Shown: in pieces, positions 12,345 through 24,370 of the stretch | Position numbering within the stretch: the first letter of the stretch is position 1 | Layout of the letters: the number at the start of each line of letters is the position of its first letter | NCBI RefSeq assembly: GCF_006345805.1 | Contig: NC_042998.1 | Coordinates: 25,234,001 to 25,298,000, forward strand | Source: Octopus sinensis | Lineage: Eukaryota | DNA: 64,000 bases | Direction: 5' to 3' | The notes under the pieces: model-generated | What the model saw: only the letters and a program-made list of their open reading frames with translations | What the model was told of the DNA's origin: nothing | Databases searched by the model: none | Position numbers and translations under genes: made by a program

Positions 12345-12970
12345 AATGGTTTCAAATTTTGGCACAAGGCCAGCAATACTGGGGAAAAAGGTAAGTTGAT
12401 TACATCAACCCCAGTACTTGACTGGTACTTATTTTATTGACCCGGAAAGGATGACAGGCAAAGTCGACCTTGGCAGGACTTGAACTCAGAACATAAAGAC
12501 AGATGAAATCCCACAAAGCATTTTGCCTGGCATGCTAACAATTCTGGTAACTCAACCCTTGTGACTTGTACATAATCCTTTCTACTATAGGTACAAGGCC
12601 TGGAATTTGAGGTAAGGGGATTGTCAATTATATCGACCCCAGTGCGTAACTGGTACTTAGTTTATCGACTCCGAAAGGATGAAAGGCAAAACTGACATTG
12701 GGGGAATTTGAACTCAGAACATAGAAATGGGTGAAATACCTATTTATTTACTACCCACAAGGGGCTAAACACAGAAAGGACAAACAAGGACAGACAAACG
12801 GATTGAGTCGATTATATCAACCCCAGTGCGTAACTGGTACTTATTTAATCAACTCCGAAAGGATGAAAGGCAAAGTCAACCTTGCCGGAATTTGAACTAA
12901 GAACGTAGTGGCAGGCGAAATACCGCTAAGCATTTCACCCGGCGTGCTAATGTTCCTGCCAGCTCGCCGT
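12345..12970 (-). mobile_element. Cluster of three SINE family B units
   Basis: GAAAGGATGAAAGGCAAAGTC core occurs three times. Confidence 0.8.
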
Positions 12971-13008
12971 CTTCATGCTTCCATCACTCATCTCTGTCTG
13001 TCTGTTTG

Positions 13009-13048
<40 letters not shown>

Positions 13049-13340
13049 TCTTTCTTTCTCTCTCTCTCTTTCTCTCTCCCACTCACTCTTCCATCTTTTC
13101 ACTGTTGGTGAGTCTGAAGAAGACAGTGAATCTCTCTTCTTGTGTAACTAGAAATGTCAAATAACTTCTTTGACCATCTCATCTCTCTAGCACTCAATCA
13201 TTTCCTTGCATCTGAATCGTCTTATCACTTTTTCCCATCCAGGGGCATAGCTACCATTACTCCTTATATACTCATCCCAGCACTCAGGTTAACTGGTATC
13301 AGAATCCATCATCCACCCTTAATACTTATTACTAGCGAGT

Positions 13341-13672
13341 AAAGGCACATGGCTTAGTGGTTAGGATGTTCAGCTCACGATTGTAAGGTCCTGAGATCAG
13401 TTCCCAATGGCATCATGTATCCTTGTCCTTGAGCAAGAAACTTTATTTCACATTGCTGCAGTCCTCTCAGCTAGCAAAAATGAGTTGTACCGGTAATTCA
13501 AAGGGCCAGCCTTATCACATTGTGTCATGCTACATCTCCTAGAGAACTACATTAAGGGTACATATGTCTATGGAATACTCAGCCACTTGAACATTAATTT
13601 TATAAGCAGGCTGTTCTATTGACCAGCTCAACTGGAACAATTGTCATTGAAGCTGATGGGGTACCAGTTATT
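13341..13672 (+). mobile_element. SINE family E head with an alternative 3' tail
   Basis: GGCACATGGCTTAGTGGTTAG head, CTTGAGCAAG core, GAGAACTACATTAAGGGTAC tail. Confidence 0.7.
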
Positions 13673-14005
13673 ACTGGAACACTTGAGCGGGGCAGGTCTC
13701 ATCCCGTTACATTAAATTATTTGTCAAAGGAAAACCAAGACTTCGAATATCTTCAACAGCGTAAATAATATTTATTTTTCTGGATTCGCAATAATATATA
13801 CATATATATTTCATTCAGGGCAAACCGGTAGCCACTGGAGCTAGTCACTATGGTTAAATGGTGTGAACCAAATCCTGTTCCGTTCCAGCATAGTGTAGCT
13901 TCACCACGTGGTGGCAGGTTGGGAGAGATGTGATAACACGTCCGTTCAATTCGGTGTTCGCTTCGAGAGAGATCGATACAGTGGGAAATCATGCTGTTGC
14001 TAGTT

Positions 14006-14380
14006 TGTTTGTTTGTTTGTTGAGCGTAGAGGACTTCATCCCAGAGTGAGAGAAGTCCGAAATGTGGTCCTTTGCTATTCGTAAGACCTGCAGAAGAGAA
14101 AGCAGGTCAACCCCCAACACCTAGAGCATTGACGGATGGCTGAATGTGCATCCAGGCTCAGCGGTTGCATAGGAAGTCGGGGATAAGAAACAGAAAGAAA
14201 GAGTGAGAGAAAGTTGGAGCGAAAGAGTACAACAGGGGTCGCCACAACCCCCTGCTGGAGCCTCGTGGAGCTTTAGGTGTTTTCGCTCAATAAACACACA
14301 CAACGCCCAAACTGGGAATCGAAACCGCGATCCTCCGACCACAAGTCTGCTGCCCTAACCACTGGGCCATTGCGCCTCCA
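14006..14380 (-). mobile_element. SINE family D with 12-bp TSD
   Basis: TGGAGGCGCAATGGCCCAGTGG head, (AACA)n tail; CTGTTGCTAGTT duplicated at 13994-14005 and 14381-14392. Confidence 0.88.
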
Positions 14381-14783
14381 CTGTTGCTAGTTCCCTGCAC
14401 ATGTTCATGAGAGAAGGCCTCCCGGAAGAAATCCAACTCTGTACGTTGAAGACTTCCAAAATGGCATCACTACAAATCTCTCACGCCTTCCACCAGCCTG
14501 TCGTCCCATTCACTCTATTTCTGCCTTCACTCCCTCATTCCTTCTCCTACCCATCCTAGTTCTGTCACTGCTGTATTGCAATCACTTCTCTTCAACTCAT
14601 TAGCCACGTAATTCTCACCTTTACTTTCCTAACCTCTCCTACTAATGATGATACCCTGTTGTCTTTCTATACTAGACATTACCATGTAGCCTGAGGTACA
14701 CGAGCACAGATAAATAGATACATGACAGACATCATTCAGTTTTTACTAAACCCACTCACGATGTTTTAACCACACTGGAGCTA

Positions 14784-15096
14784 AAATCTCTCGTGGAAGC
14801 ATCATCCAACCAAAGTACAAATATATGGGGAACTACCACCTGTATCATCTCTTGTGAAAGGTAGGAGAGTCCAGTTTGCTGGACATTGTTGTAGAGCTGA
14901 AAATGAGGTAATTTCTACTCTTCTCTGGAAGCCATCTGCTCGCGATACCAGAGGGCGCACACTCTCCTACCCTGATGTATTCTCCAGGGATACAGGCATC
15001 CAGCAACAGGACCTCCATAATGCTATGATGGACCGTGAAGTCTGGCGTAACATGGTAAATTCCATTGTTTCGATCATGGTCGAACAATGATGATGA
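14784..15096 (+). mobile_element. RTE-clade LINE 3' fragment
   Basis: NLSWKHHPTKVQIYGELPPVSSLVKGRRVQFAGHCCRA...MMDREVWR; (TGA)n tail; TGGAGCTA TSD at 14776-14783 and 15097-15104. Confidence 0.88.
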
Positions 15097-15399
15097 TGGA
15101 GCTATTGTAGAAGACAAGTGTCACACAGTGGGACTGGATCCAAAAACCACATGGTTCCCAAGTGAACTTCTTAACCATGCAGGTATACTTGTGCAATAGG
15201 CGTCATTGAATATAAAACTATATGTAGAATATTGTGATTCATGTAGCTCTGTTTTCAAAGCCATTTGTCACATGCATTTCTCTTCAAATACCTAGGAAAA
15301 AAAAAGGAAAGCAAGAGTAAATACTTAAAGTTATTTTTTCTTATATTTATTTTTTTTTTTTTCAAGAAAAATTTATTAAAAAACTATAATTGCATTTCT

Positions 15400-15960
15400 G
15401 CTTTCTTTTCTTTTCAAACTTTTTCCTGTGGCATCACATTGCATTATCAATCATTCCATGAACTTGCATGCTTCTTTAGCAAGGGATGTTTTTGTGGACA
15501 TATGCTTCCAAAATAAAACAGTCACACCGATATTGATGATCTACTTGTCATCAAAGATTTCTTCTTCTGTATACCTTTGAAATTTTATCTTCAATTTATT
15601 TTTTTTTTGCAGCTTCTTTATCAGCACTAGCAGATTCACCTTGAATTCTTACATTATGCAATGTAGACCACTTTCTGAAGCATTTATACCATCCAGAATA
15701 CAGGGGGTGAGTAATTTTTCTCAGACACCTGAGAAATTGTACTTCTAGAAAGTTTATTTCTTTGAACTACCTAGAATAGCTAAGCATGTACTTACGAGCT
15801 TTAAATTGACTGAAAGTAGGATGTTTGTTTCAATCTTTTCTGTATTGTGAACACCTTTGCATATTTTGATATAAATAGTGGCATTATTTTTCAAACATAA
15901 CAGAATGATTTCTTTAGCATTGCCTTGGACAATCCCTTCAAACATTTTAGGCAAATTTTT
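15400..15960 (-). pseudogene. Tigger/pogo (TIGD-like) transposase fossil
   Basis: GWYKCFRKWSTLHNVRIQGESASADKEAA at about 15603-15694, followed by LFWKHM; several stops and frameshifts. Confidence 0.75.
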
Positions 15961-15992
15961 GAGTGCAAAGGCAACATGCATTAGTTCAATAC

Positions 15993-16168
15993 TCTTTTAC
16001 TCTTTTACTTGTTTCAGTCATTTGACTGTGGCCATGCTGGAGCATCACCTTTAGTCGAGCAAATCGACCCCAGGACTTATTATTTGTAAGCCTAGTACTA
16101 TTCTATCGGTCTCTTTTGCCAAACTGCATTGGTTGTCAAGCGATGTTGGGGAGGACAAACACACACAT

Positions 16169-16201
<33 letters not shown>

Positions 16202-16337
16202 CATATATATGATGGGCTTTGGTCATCCTGAGGCTATAGTAGAAGGCACTTGTCCAAGGTGCCATGCAGTGGGACTGAACCCAGAACCATGTGGTTGGCA
16301 AGCAAGCTACTTAGCACATAGCCACTCCTGCACCTAT
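15993..16337 (-). mobile_element. SINE family A with internal deletions
   Basis: Reverse-complement tail and head present. Confidence 0.8.
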
Positions 16338-16439
16338 AGGTATTATTCTTCAAGAAGTATTATTCTTCAAGAAACCTTTGTTTACTTGGAAAAAAGATGT
16401 TTTTCGGTTGAGAATGCATGCTAAGGAAATAAGTTCATT

Positions 16440-16960
16440 AGTTTGAAAGAAGAAAGAGTATGGCCTAAACCCAAGTAAGATAGTTGTGAAGTTGAAGATT
16501 TCGAAGTGTACAATGGGATATATGTTAAAGAGTGACTATAACAGGAGGAAAATAAAAGAGGAAGGAAAAAATTGCTCGGGAACAGAACTCAAAGACAAAT
16601 GAAGATAACTACATCCTGTGTACTGGTAGATGGAGGAAAACGTAATGGCATGGAAGGTGAAGAAGAAATATAAAATAAATGTAAATATTCACTTGAAAGA
16701 CTTGCTGAAAGAAATTGGATACAAGTATGGAAGGGCAAAAGAAAAATTCATTTAAGTGAAAAAACAAAAAAAAAACAAGAGAAGGCAAGGTTAGACTGTG
16801 AAAAATTATGGTTAACAACTTCTGTTGACTTTTTACCAAAGTCAAATATATGGGAAATGTTGGTACAGGTTGTGTATGATTGACCAGAAGTGGTAAGGGA
16901 AGCAGAATTATGGAAATGGATTTTATAAGCCAAAAGTGGATTGATTAAAATAAAAAGAAA
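16440..16960 (+). pseudogene. Possible decayed Tc1-like transposase N-terminal region
   Basis: Purine-rich tract with LLKEIGYKYGRAK and, after a frameshift, IHLSEKQK, resembling the Tc1 linker; heavily broken. Confidence 0.35.
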
Positions 16961-17108
16961 TGTTATAATGAACATGTCTGTCAACCAATAAATAGTGTAA
17001 GTGATCAAAAAGAAAGGAGATTGTGTAGACTACTGAAGCTGAGTAGTACTGTACATTATTTACATTATTTACATTTGACGGATATTTCTCCTCATCTTGT
17101 TTGTTGTT

Positions 17109-17157
17109 AACCCAACGTTTTGGCTGATATACCCTCCAGCCTTCATCAGGTGTCTTG
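17109..17157 (-). ncRNA. Minimal hammerhead motif, core-mutated (GAAA to AAAA)
   Basis: GACAC-CTGATGA-A-GGCTG-loop-CAGCC-AAAAC-GTT-GGGTT. Confidence 0.6.
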
Positions 17158-17230
17158 GGGAAATTTCGAACCTGGGTTCTCATTCTTAAGGTATTTTTCG
17201 ATGTTGTTGTTGTTATTATTATTATGGTTA

Positions 17231-17284
<54 letters not shown>

Positions 17285-17585
17285 TTATTATTATTATTAT
17301 CATTATTATTATTATTATTATTATTCAAGTCACTGCCTGGAATCAAACTCGGAATCTTGGGGTTAGTAGCCTGTGCTCTTAACTATGCCATATGCCGATG
17401 GGCATATTGGTGTAATGGGAATTCTTATTTTCTTATTGTCTTGTTTCTTATTGTCAATTCCAGGCAGTGACCGGAATAATAATAATAAAAATAATAATGA
17501 TAATAAAAATAGTAATAATAATAATAATGATAACAACAACATCGAAAAATGCCTTAGGAATGAGAACACAAGTTTGAAATTTCCC

Positions 17586-17634
17586 CAAGACAGCTGATGA
17601 AGGCTGGAGGGTATATCTGCTGAAACGTTGTGTT
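17586..17634 (+). ncRNA. Minimal hammerhead motif, intact core with imperfect stems
   Basis: GACAG-CTGATGA-A-GGCTG-loop-CTGCT-GAAAC-GTT-GTGTT; loopless palindromic ACGT stem III. Confidence 0.65.
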
Positions 17635-18291
17635 AACAACAAACAAGATGAGGACAAATATCCATCAAATGTAAATAATATAAATAATGTAAATAATGTA
17701 CATAATTCTTCATCTCTTAAATATAGAACTGAGTAGAACTGACTGAAAAAAAATTGCTGCATAATTTTGATAAAACGTCTGTAAAATACAATTTAAATTC
17801 TTACTTATGTGCTCAGCAATCACAACAGGAATATTATACCCATGTCTATGTTGTTTCACTCTAAAAGTATGTGTTTATCATTAATTGTCTATCAGCACTA
17901 CATCTCAGGTGTCCAAAAAGATTTGCTGACCCTTTGGACCTATAAGTATTTTTTAGCTGTTTATGTACTTTTCTTTAGCAAGGTACATGGTTTGAAATTG
18001 AATGGTCTAAACAGAGCAGAAGAAGACATGTGGGATGGAGAGTTGCTGAAGAGGTCACAGGTGTGTGACAAAGTTTTCCAGATAATGGGCATAAAATAAG
18101 AACAATAATAAACAAGTGAAGAGCGAATATATAGTCACATGTGTTTATTTGGCAAGGAAAAAAATGACCATCCCAAAATACAAGAATTTTTCTTTTCAAC
18201 TTTTGCTTTATTATCTCCTTTTAAAGTGGAAAACAGGTTCAATGCTTTGGTTTTGATGCTGTAATTATTTGAAAGAATACCATTCTGATTA

Positions 18292-18815
18292 TGTGTGGTG
18301 AGTAGCTTGCTAACCAACTACATGGTTCAGGGTTCAGTCTCACTGCATGGCATCTTGGGCAAGTGTCTTCTGCTATAGCCTTGGGCCAACCAAAGCCTTG
18401 TGAGTGGATTTGGTACACAGAAACTGAAAGAAGCCTGTCGGATATGTAGATATATATGTATATATGTGCATATGTTTGTGTGTCTGTGTTTGTCCCTCTA
18501 GCATTGCTTGACAACCGATGCTGGTGTGTTTACGTCCCCGTCACTTAGCGGTTCGGCAAAAGAGACCGATAGAATAAGTACTGAGCTTACAAAGAATAAG
18601 TCCTGGGGTGATTTGCTTGACTAAAGGCCGTGCTCCAGCATGGCCACAGTCAAATGACTGAAACAAGTCTTAGCGGTTCGGCAAAAGAGACCGATAGAAT
18701 AAGTACTAGGCTTACAAAGAATAAGTCCCGGGGTCGATTTGCTCGACTAAAGGCCATGCTCTAGCATGGCCACAGTCAAATGACTGAAACAAGTAAAAGA
18801 GTAAAGAGTGAAAGA
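18292..18815 (+). mobile_element. SINE family A with duplicated 3' ~125 bp
   Basis: CTTAGCGGTTCGGC...GAAACAAGT occurs twice in tandem, with a junction near 18668. Confidence 0.85.
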
Positions 18816-19447
18816 GTTTCCGTTTCAATCAGTTTTTCACATCAAGTTCAAATTGAATTGTAATCCAATCCAGTTGCACTGCAGCCATCTGCTCTTCTTT
18901 TCTCTAATCTTCTGTTTGTTTTAAATTGGTTTGTATATCTGCTTTATCCAATCCAAATGAACACTCAGTCTTTGACTTCCTGGTGCCATTAATATGACTT
19001 TTAATTATTTTGAATCTCTTCTCACAACTAAAAAGCTTTTTCGCTCTTCTTTTAACAGTCATACTCAATTTTATCTTCCCTCTTATCCATAGCTAATGAG
19101 GTAAAATATTCTAAATAAAATGGAAAAAAGGAAGCAATGTCTTTAGGAGATAAAAAAAAAAAAAAGAACTGAAGCAATGAGAGCTTCCACTCATGAGGAG
19201 GAAAATACTGAAACACTAAAGGTTTCCACTGCCAGCTGCCATTCATTGCCATGGCAACAGAATACACTTGGTATGAGATTTAAAATTATTTTCCATAGCT
19301 CTGTGTTGTAGGAAACTTATTTCATATTAAATAAAAACAGGTTACAATAAATACATCATGTCAATTTGGGAAACATGTTTGTCAGAGCCATGTTAAACAA
19401 GGGGTTCTTCTGTGTGTATGTGTGTGTATGTATTTATGCATGTATAT

Positions 19448-20911
19448 GTTAGTTAGTTAGTTAGTTAATTTGGCTCAAAAGCAAATAGCAAGGCCATATA
19501 GGGGGACATGGAGTTAAGTACAGGGTGGTGTTCATGTAAAGAGTTCAGGCCACTTGAGGTCCAGGGAGGCTTTGAACAAAGCGGTCGTCGGCATCTTCAC
19601 CATCTCATCTGGCAGCTTGTTCCACGGATCCGCAACCCGGACGGAGAAAGCTCCTCTCCTTCGATTGAGATGAAATCGTCGCAGGTAGAGCTTTTCGGAA
19701 TGACCCCGCAGCCGACGCTCCGGAGCAGGAGTGAAGAACAGCTCTTTCGAGAGGTTACACTTCCCGCTTATGATGTTGTGGGCGAGAATGAGGTCACCAC
19801 GGCAGCAGCGTTTTTCAAGAGAATAAAGGTCGAGCGTCCTCAGCCTTTCTTCGTAGGACAAATTTTTGAGACCATGAACCATGCGGGTAGCCAGCCTCTG
19901 GACTCTTTCGAGGTGCTGTATGTCTTTGAGGAGATAAGGAGAAGAGGCTTGAATCCCATACTCCAATATGGGTCTCACCAGCGTGACATAGAGTGGCAGG
20001 AATATGGCTGCTGTGAGCATTCCGAATGACCGTCGAATCAAAAACAGAATTCCGCGCGCTTTGTTGGCAGCATGGACGCACTGGGCCGAAGGCGAAAAGG
20101 AGGAATCCACCAAGATACCCAGGTCCTTTACCTGATCGGTCCTCTCCAGCAGCAGACGACCCGGCTCGAAATCAAGTTGAGTTGCAGGAGTAGAGCCGAC
20201 AGGCAGATGACAGCACTTTGACACGTTCAGACACAGGTCCCAATCGTTAGACCACTTCCAAATTTGGTGGAGGCATCGACGAAGATCCTCTATACTACCG
20301 CGAGGAGCGACCAGTTTGATATCGTCGGCAAATAGAAGGGTGTGTTGCGTGAGGTCGTCGGGCAAGTCATTTATGAAGACTAAGAACAACAAGGGCCCAA
20401 GCACTGAACCTTGAGGCACGCCACTGCTCGCACTGGAGACGTCGGACCGCGAACCATTAACTTGAACTTGGAAGGAGCGATCTGAGAGGAAGGCACCAAC
20501 CCATCGTACAATATCCGGATGGAAACTATATGCTTGAAGCTTGACAAGTAGTAGGCGGTGGTTTACCGAGTCAAAAGCTTTGGCAAAGTCCAATAAAACG
20601 ATGTCAACAGCATCACTATCATCGAGGATGCGCGTCACCAATTCTTCCATTACTAGTAAGTTGGTCAAGCATGATCTCTTCGGCACGAAGCCGTGTTGGG
20701 AATCAGTGATCGAGGCTGGGTTTAGGAGGTGGAGCATCATACTTTTCTTAAGGATGGTTTCGAACATCTTGCTGATTATTGATGTAAGGGAAACCGGTCG
20801 GTAGTTAAGCGGGTCTTCGCGGCTCCCTTTCTTGAAAATTGTGCAGATTATCGCTGTTCTCCAGTCTGCAGGTATAACACCCGTCGCCAATGACATATTG
20901 AATAGTCATGT
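19448..20911 (-). mobile_element. CR1-clade LINE, 5'-truncated, copy 2
   Basis: Reverse complement of 1047-2415 plus extra 5' sequence; (TAAC)n tail at about 19448-19468. Confidence 0.95.
19532..20896 (-). CDS. LINE ORF2 reverse-transcriptase domain, uninterrupted 454 aa, endonuclease absent
   Basis: ORF track: YRPVSLTS, DFAKAFDSV, GVPQGSVLGPLLF, LFADD, LVRPILEY, WNKLP. The ATG is an internal Met of a truncated ORF2, so expression is not implied. Confidence 0.9.
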   Translation of the reverse strand: MSLATGVIPADWRTAIICTIFKKGSREDPLNYRPVSLTSIISKMFETILKKSMMLHLLNPASITDSQHGFVPKRSCLTNLLVMEELVTRILDDSDAVDIVLLDFAKAFDSVNHRLLLVKLQAYSFHPDIVRWVGAFLSDRSFQVQVNGSRSDVSSASSGVPQGSVLGPLLFLVFINDLPDDLTQHTLLFADDIKLVAPRGSIEDLRRCLHQIWKWSNDWDLCLNVSKCCHLPVGSTPATQLDFEPGRLLLERTDQVKDLGILVDSSFSPSAQCVHAANKARGILFLIRRSFGMLTAAIFLPLYVTLVRPILEYGIQASSPYLLKDIQHLERVQRLATRMVHGLKNLSYEERLRTLDLYSLEKRCCRGDLILAHNIISGKCNLSKELFFTPAPERRLRGHSEKLYLRRFHLNRRRGAFSVRVADPWNKLPDEMVKMPTTALFKASLDLKWPELFT

Positions 20912-20916
20912 TAATA

Positions 20917-21145
20917 TGAGGGGATGCTGGAATGTTCCTGGAAAGTTCCTCACTTTGGATAAAAGAAAATATTGGAGGATCAGTTGATTATGCTTTTATT
21001 GAACATATTCCCCGTTCAGACTCATACACTTATTACAGCAGTCCTTCAGTTTTTCTAAGCCCCTGTAAAAGAACTTTGAAGGTTGGACCTCCAACCAGAC
21101 CTTTTGCAGCATCCTTAAAGCCAGGAATTTTTCAGCATCCCCTTC
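20917..21145 (-). mobile_element. mariner-derived MITE
   Basis: TA flanks; TIRs TGAGGGGATGCTG and CAGCATCCCC; internal [25 protein letters not shown] matches a mariner transposase C-terminus. Confidence 0.85.
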
Positions 21146-21278
21146 TATATATATATATACACACACATACATACACATACACGCATGTACATACACACAC
21201 TCTCACAGATGTACATGTATATATATATATAAATATATATATATATTTTTATATATATATATATATAAAATAAATAAA

Positions 21279-21525
21279 TGCACCCTTTTTAAAGCCTAGC
21301 CAGGTTCATGGGCCTGGTTTCCCAGTTTCTATGGCGAATGTGTTCCCCAGCTGCATGGGACACCAGTCCATCGCAGTGTTACTCATTTTTGCCACCTGAA
21401 TGGACTGGAGCAATGTGAAATGAAGTGTTTTACTCAAGAACACAATGCGTCACCCGGTCCAGGAATCGAAACCACAATCTTATGATCATGATGCTGACAC
21501 CTAACCACTAAGCCACATGCCTCCA
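21279..21525 (-). mobile_element. SINE family E with a third tail type
   Basis: TGGAGGCATGTGGCTTAGTGG head, TTGTGTTCTTGAG core, CTGGCTAGGCTTTAAAAAGGG tail. Confidence 0.75.
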
Positions 21526-22944
21526 CTATATATATATATTAAGGGCCTGTGATGTGCAGGACACTGGCTGGGAGAGCAATGCCTGTCATCGCCACAGGAG
21601 GGGATCAACACTTTTGGGAGAGCACGTGTCCAGCATGAAGAACTTAAGTGAGCTGCGTGAAAGCGCACAGCTCATATAGTGAATGGGGAAAGCTTGGTCT
21701 GCAATATTTGCAGTCATGTATGCTTATGAAGAGCAGGGTTTATTAGCCGCCAACAGAGCCGCAAGTGCAAAATATAAGTTAGTCCTAGAGCGCACAATGT
21801 TCCTGAAGGTCGGCAATGGTCTTCCTTGGTCATGAGTGGACGGCCATCATATATATATGTGTGTGTGTGTGTGTGTTTGTGTAAACTGGGAGGGAAAATG
21901 CGGATGCTGGAGTAATAATATTCCTAATTAATTGAACTTGGAAACATAAAGGATAAGAAGAGGTGGGAGCTTAAAAATACAGGGCTGCTGTTGGAATTTG
22001 AATAAAGATAACAATACCTTTTCAGTGGATTACAGATGGAAAAATATAAGGAACAGAATATAGAGACAACTAGTGTGTGCTTAAGGATTTAGTTAAGGAT
22101 GTAGTTAAAATTGAAGGACCATAGTAAATAATATGGACAGATGATCAAGAAGTGTGAGTAAGTAGATAGGTTTATGAGAGAGTTGGAGGTGGTTAGAAAT
22201 AGGGATAAAGGCGAATATAGTGAATAGTGTTATAGGTCATGAAGTAGGGGAGATGAATGCACTGTACCCGAAGACATGTCACAACAATAGTAGCTTTGGC
22301 TTATGTGTAGGTGCTCACAATGTCAACTTAATCTCATTCAAAAACTTTCACTTCGTTCAACTCTACAGCTTGAGATAGTTTCAATGTGCAGTTGCTGGTT
22401 TATAATTGCAATAATATCAATGATCGTTGTTGGGAACACTCTTATACCCATTAAAAATGCTATCAGAAATCTATAAATGTAATTTGAATTGAATGCATTA
22501 TTTATGCATTGTGTGCAGTTTTTCATATCTAGGTGCGTGCATACACATGAGCATACTTGCATGTGTGGGATAACAATGAATACATACATATTAAATTGAA
22601 CCTTCATATATGTGTAGGTGTTCATCGATATAGGGCAGATGTTTTGATGTGCCGAAAAAGGCTTAGAATGTTATATCAGTTTTGTTTCTTGTGTATGTTT
22701 GTTATATTGCCAGTGCTTTTAGGAAAGCATAAACATCACAACTTCCATTTTACTTTTATGTTGAAATCAATAAAGCTATTTACTCTTTCAATAGGTATTT
22801 GTATTCAGAGAATATTTAGCAGTTGCTTTTATTTATCAAAGAAATCACGGGTATATATGCCACATTATACCTAAATGTGACTATATCGGGAACAATTTTA
22901 AAAGGTCAATTAATAACTGACAATGCATGACTTTTTTTTTCTTT

Positions 22945-23668
22945 TGCTTTTACCTGTTTCAGTCATTTGACTGCAGCCAAGCTGGAGCACCGGCTTCGGT
23001 CAAACTAATCAACCCCAGGACTTAGTCTTTGTAAGCCTAGTACTTATTCCATCGGTCTGTTTTGCCAAACTGCTAAGTTACGGGGACATAAACACACCAG
23101 CATCGGTTGTCAAATGATGTTGGGGGGACAAACACAGATACACACAGATGAATATATACATATATATATATATAATATATATATATCTGTATCGATATCA
23201 TTCTACCTATCTATCTCTATATATACATATACACACGTGCTGGTGACACATAAAAGGCACCAACCGATCGTGTCCATTACTGGCCTACTCTGGCCCCTGT
23301 GCCGGTGGCACATAAAAAGCACCCACTACACTCATGGAGTGGTTGGTGTTAGGAAAGGCATCCAGCTGTAGAAACACTGCCAGATCAGACTGGAGCCTGG
23401 TGCAGCCTCCTGGCTTCCCAGATCCCGGTCAAGCCGGCCAACCCATGCTAGCATGGAAAACAGACATTAAACAATGATTATGATGATGATGACTCATATA
23501 TATATATATGACGGTTTTCTTTCAGTTTCCATTTACCAAATCCACTCACAAGGCTTTAATCAGCCAAAGGCTATAGTAGAAGATTCTTGAACAAGATGCC
23601 ATACAGTGGAACTGAACCCTGAACCATGTGTTTGAGAAGCAAGCTTCTTACCCCACAGCCACTACTGC
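22945..23668 (-). mobile_element. SINE family A interrupted by a family C element (about 23255-23495, +)
   Basis: A tail and A head are separated by a C-type 3' end with an (ATG)n tail. Confidence 0.7.
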
Positions 23669-23694
23669 TGTACATAATGGTTTCAGATTTTGGC

Positions 23695-24370
23695 ACAAGG
23701 CCATTAATACTGGGAAAGAAGGTAAGTTAACTACATCGACCCCAGTGCTCAACTGGTACTTATTTTATTAACCATGAAATGATGGAAGGCAAAGTCGACC
23801 TTTGCAGGATTTGAACTCAGAACATAAAGACAGATGAAATCCCACAAAGCATTTGCCTCGCATGCTAACAATTCTGGCAACTCAACCCTTGTAACTTATT
23901 CCTTCACAATTAGGAATATGCAGCCTTCGAAACATATGTCGAAAATAAAGGAAATTTGTTAATTTGTCGTTCAACTCCATTCTTTCATTTATTCATAAAT
24001 TTTATAAAAATACACACAAATTTCCACACAAAAACACGTAGTCTCTGCCCTAGGCACATAACTTCAACCGTGTTATTTCTGATGTGAATTTGCTACCCAG
24101 GTATCGGTTAAACGAATTATCCATAAAAAGATATTTCATTTTTCTACTCAAATAATCCCTATTCTAGATACAAGGCACAAGGCTTGAAATTAGGTGGGAG
24201 GGGTATTGTCAATTACACCGACCCCAGTGCATAACTGGTACTTAGTTTATCAACCCTGAAAGGATAAAATGCAAAGTTGATACCTGTGGAATTTGAACTC
24301 AGAACATAGCAATGGGTGAAATACTGCTAAGCATTTCGTCCGGCATGCTAACGATTCTGCCAGCTCCCTG
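23695..24370 (-). mobile_element. Two SINE family B copies sharing private variants with 12345-12970
   Basis: Shared ATCCCACAAAGCATT, CTCAACCCTTGT and AATGGGTGAAATAC. Confidence 0.7.

Larger units (their letters stand above)
17051..17728. mobile_element. Penelope-like inverted pseudo-LTR insertion with 12-bp TSD
   Basis: Arms 17051-17343 and 17457-17701 are inverted, each with (ATT)n and a hammerhead motif; flanked by CTGAGTAGTACT (17039-17050) and CTGAGTAGAACT (17729-17740). Confidence 0.8.

Noticed and set aside
14028-14075. GGACTTC/GAAGTCC hairpin followed by GAAAT...GTC
   Set aside because: No CUGANGA upstream; it is the antisense of a SINE D tail hairpin.
15613-15706. Apparent plus-strand exon with polypyrimidine-CAG acceptor, GTGAGT donor and one open frame
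   Set aside because: The opposite strand encodes a clear Tigger-type transposase motif. Exonisation cannot be excluded without RNA data.
1073-20804. ORFs antisense or out of frame within the LINE copies (1073, 1786, 1868, 19508, 19815, 20541)
   Set aside because: Shadow frames of the GC-richer RT sequence with no independent motifs.
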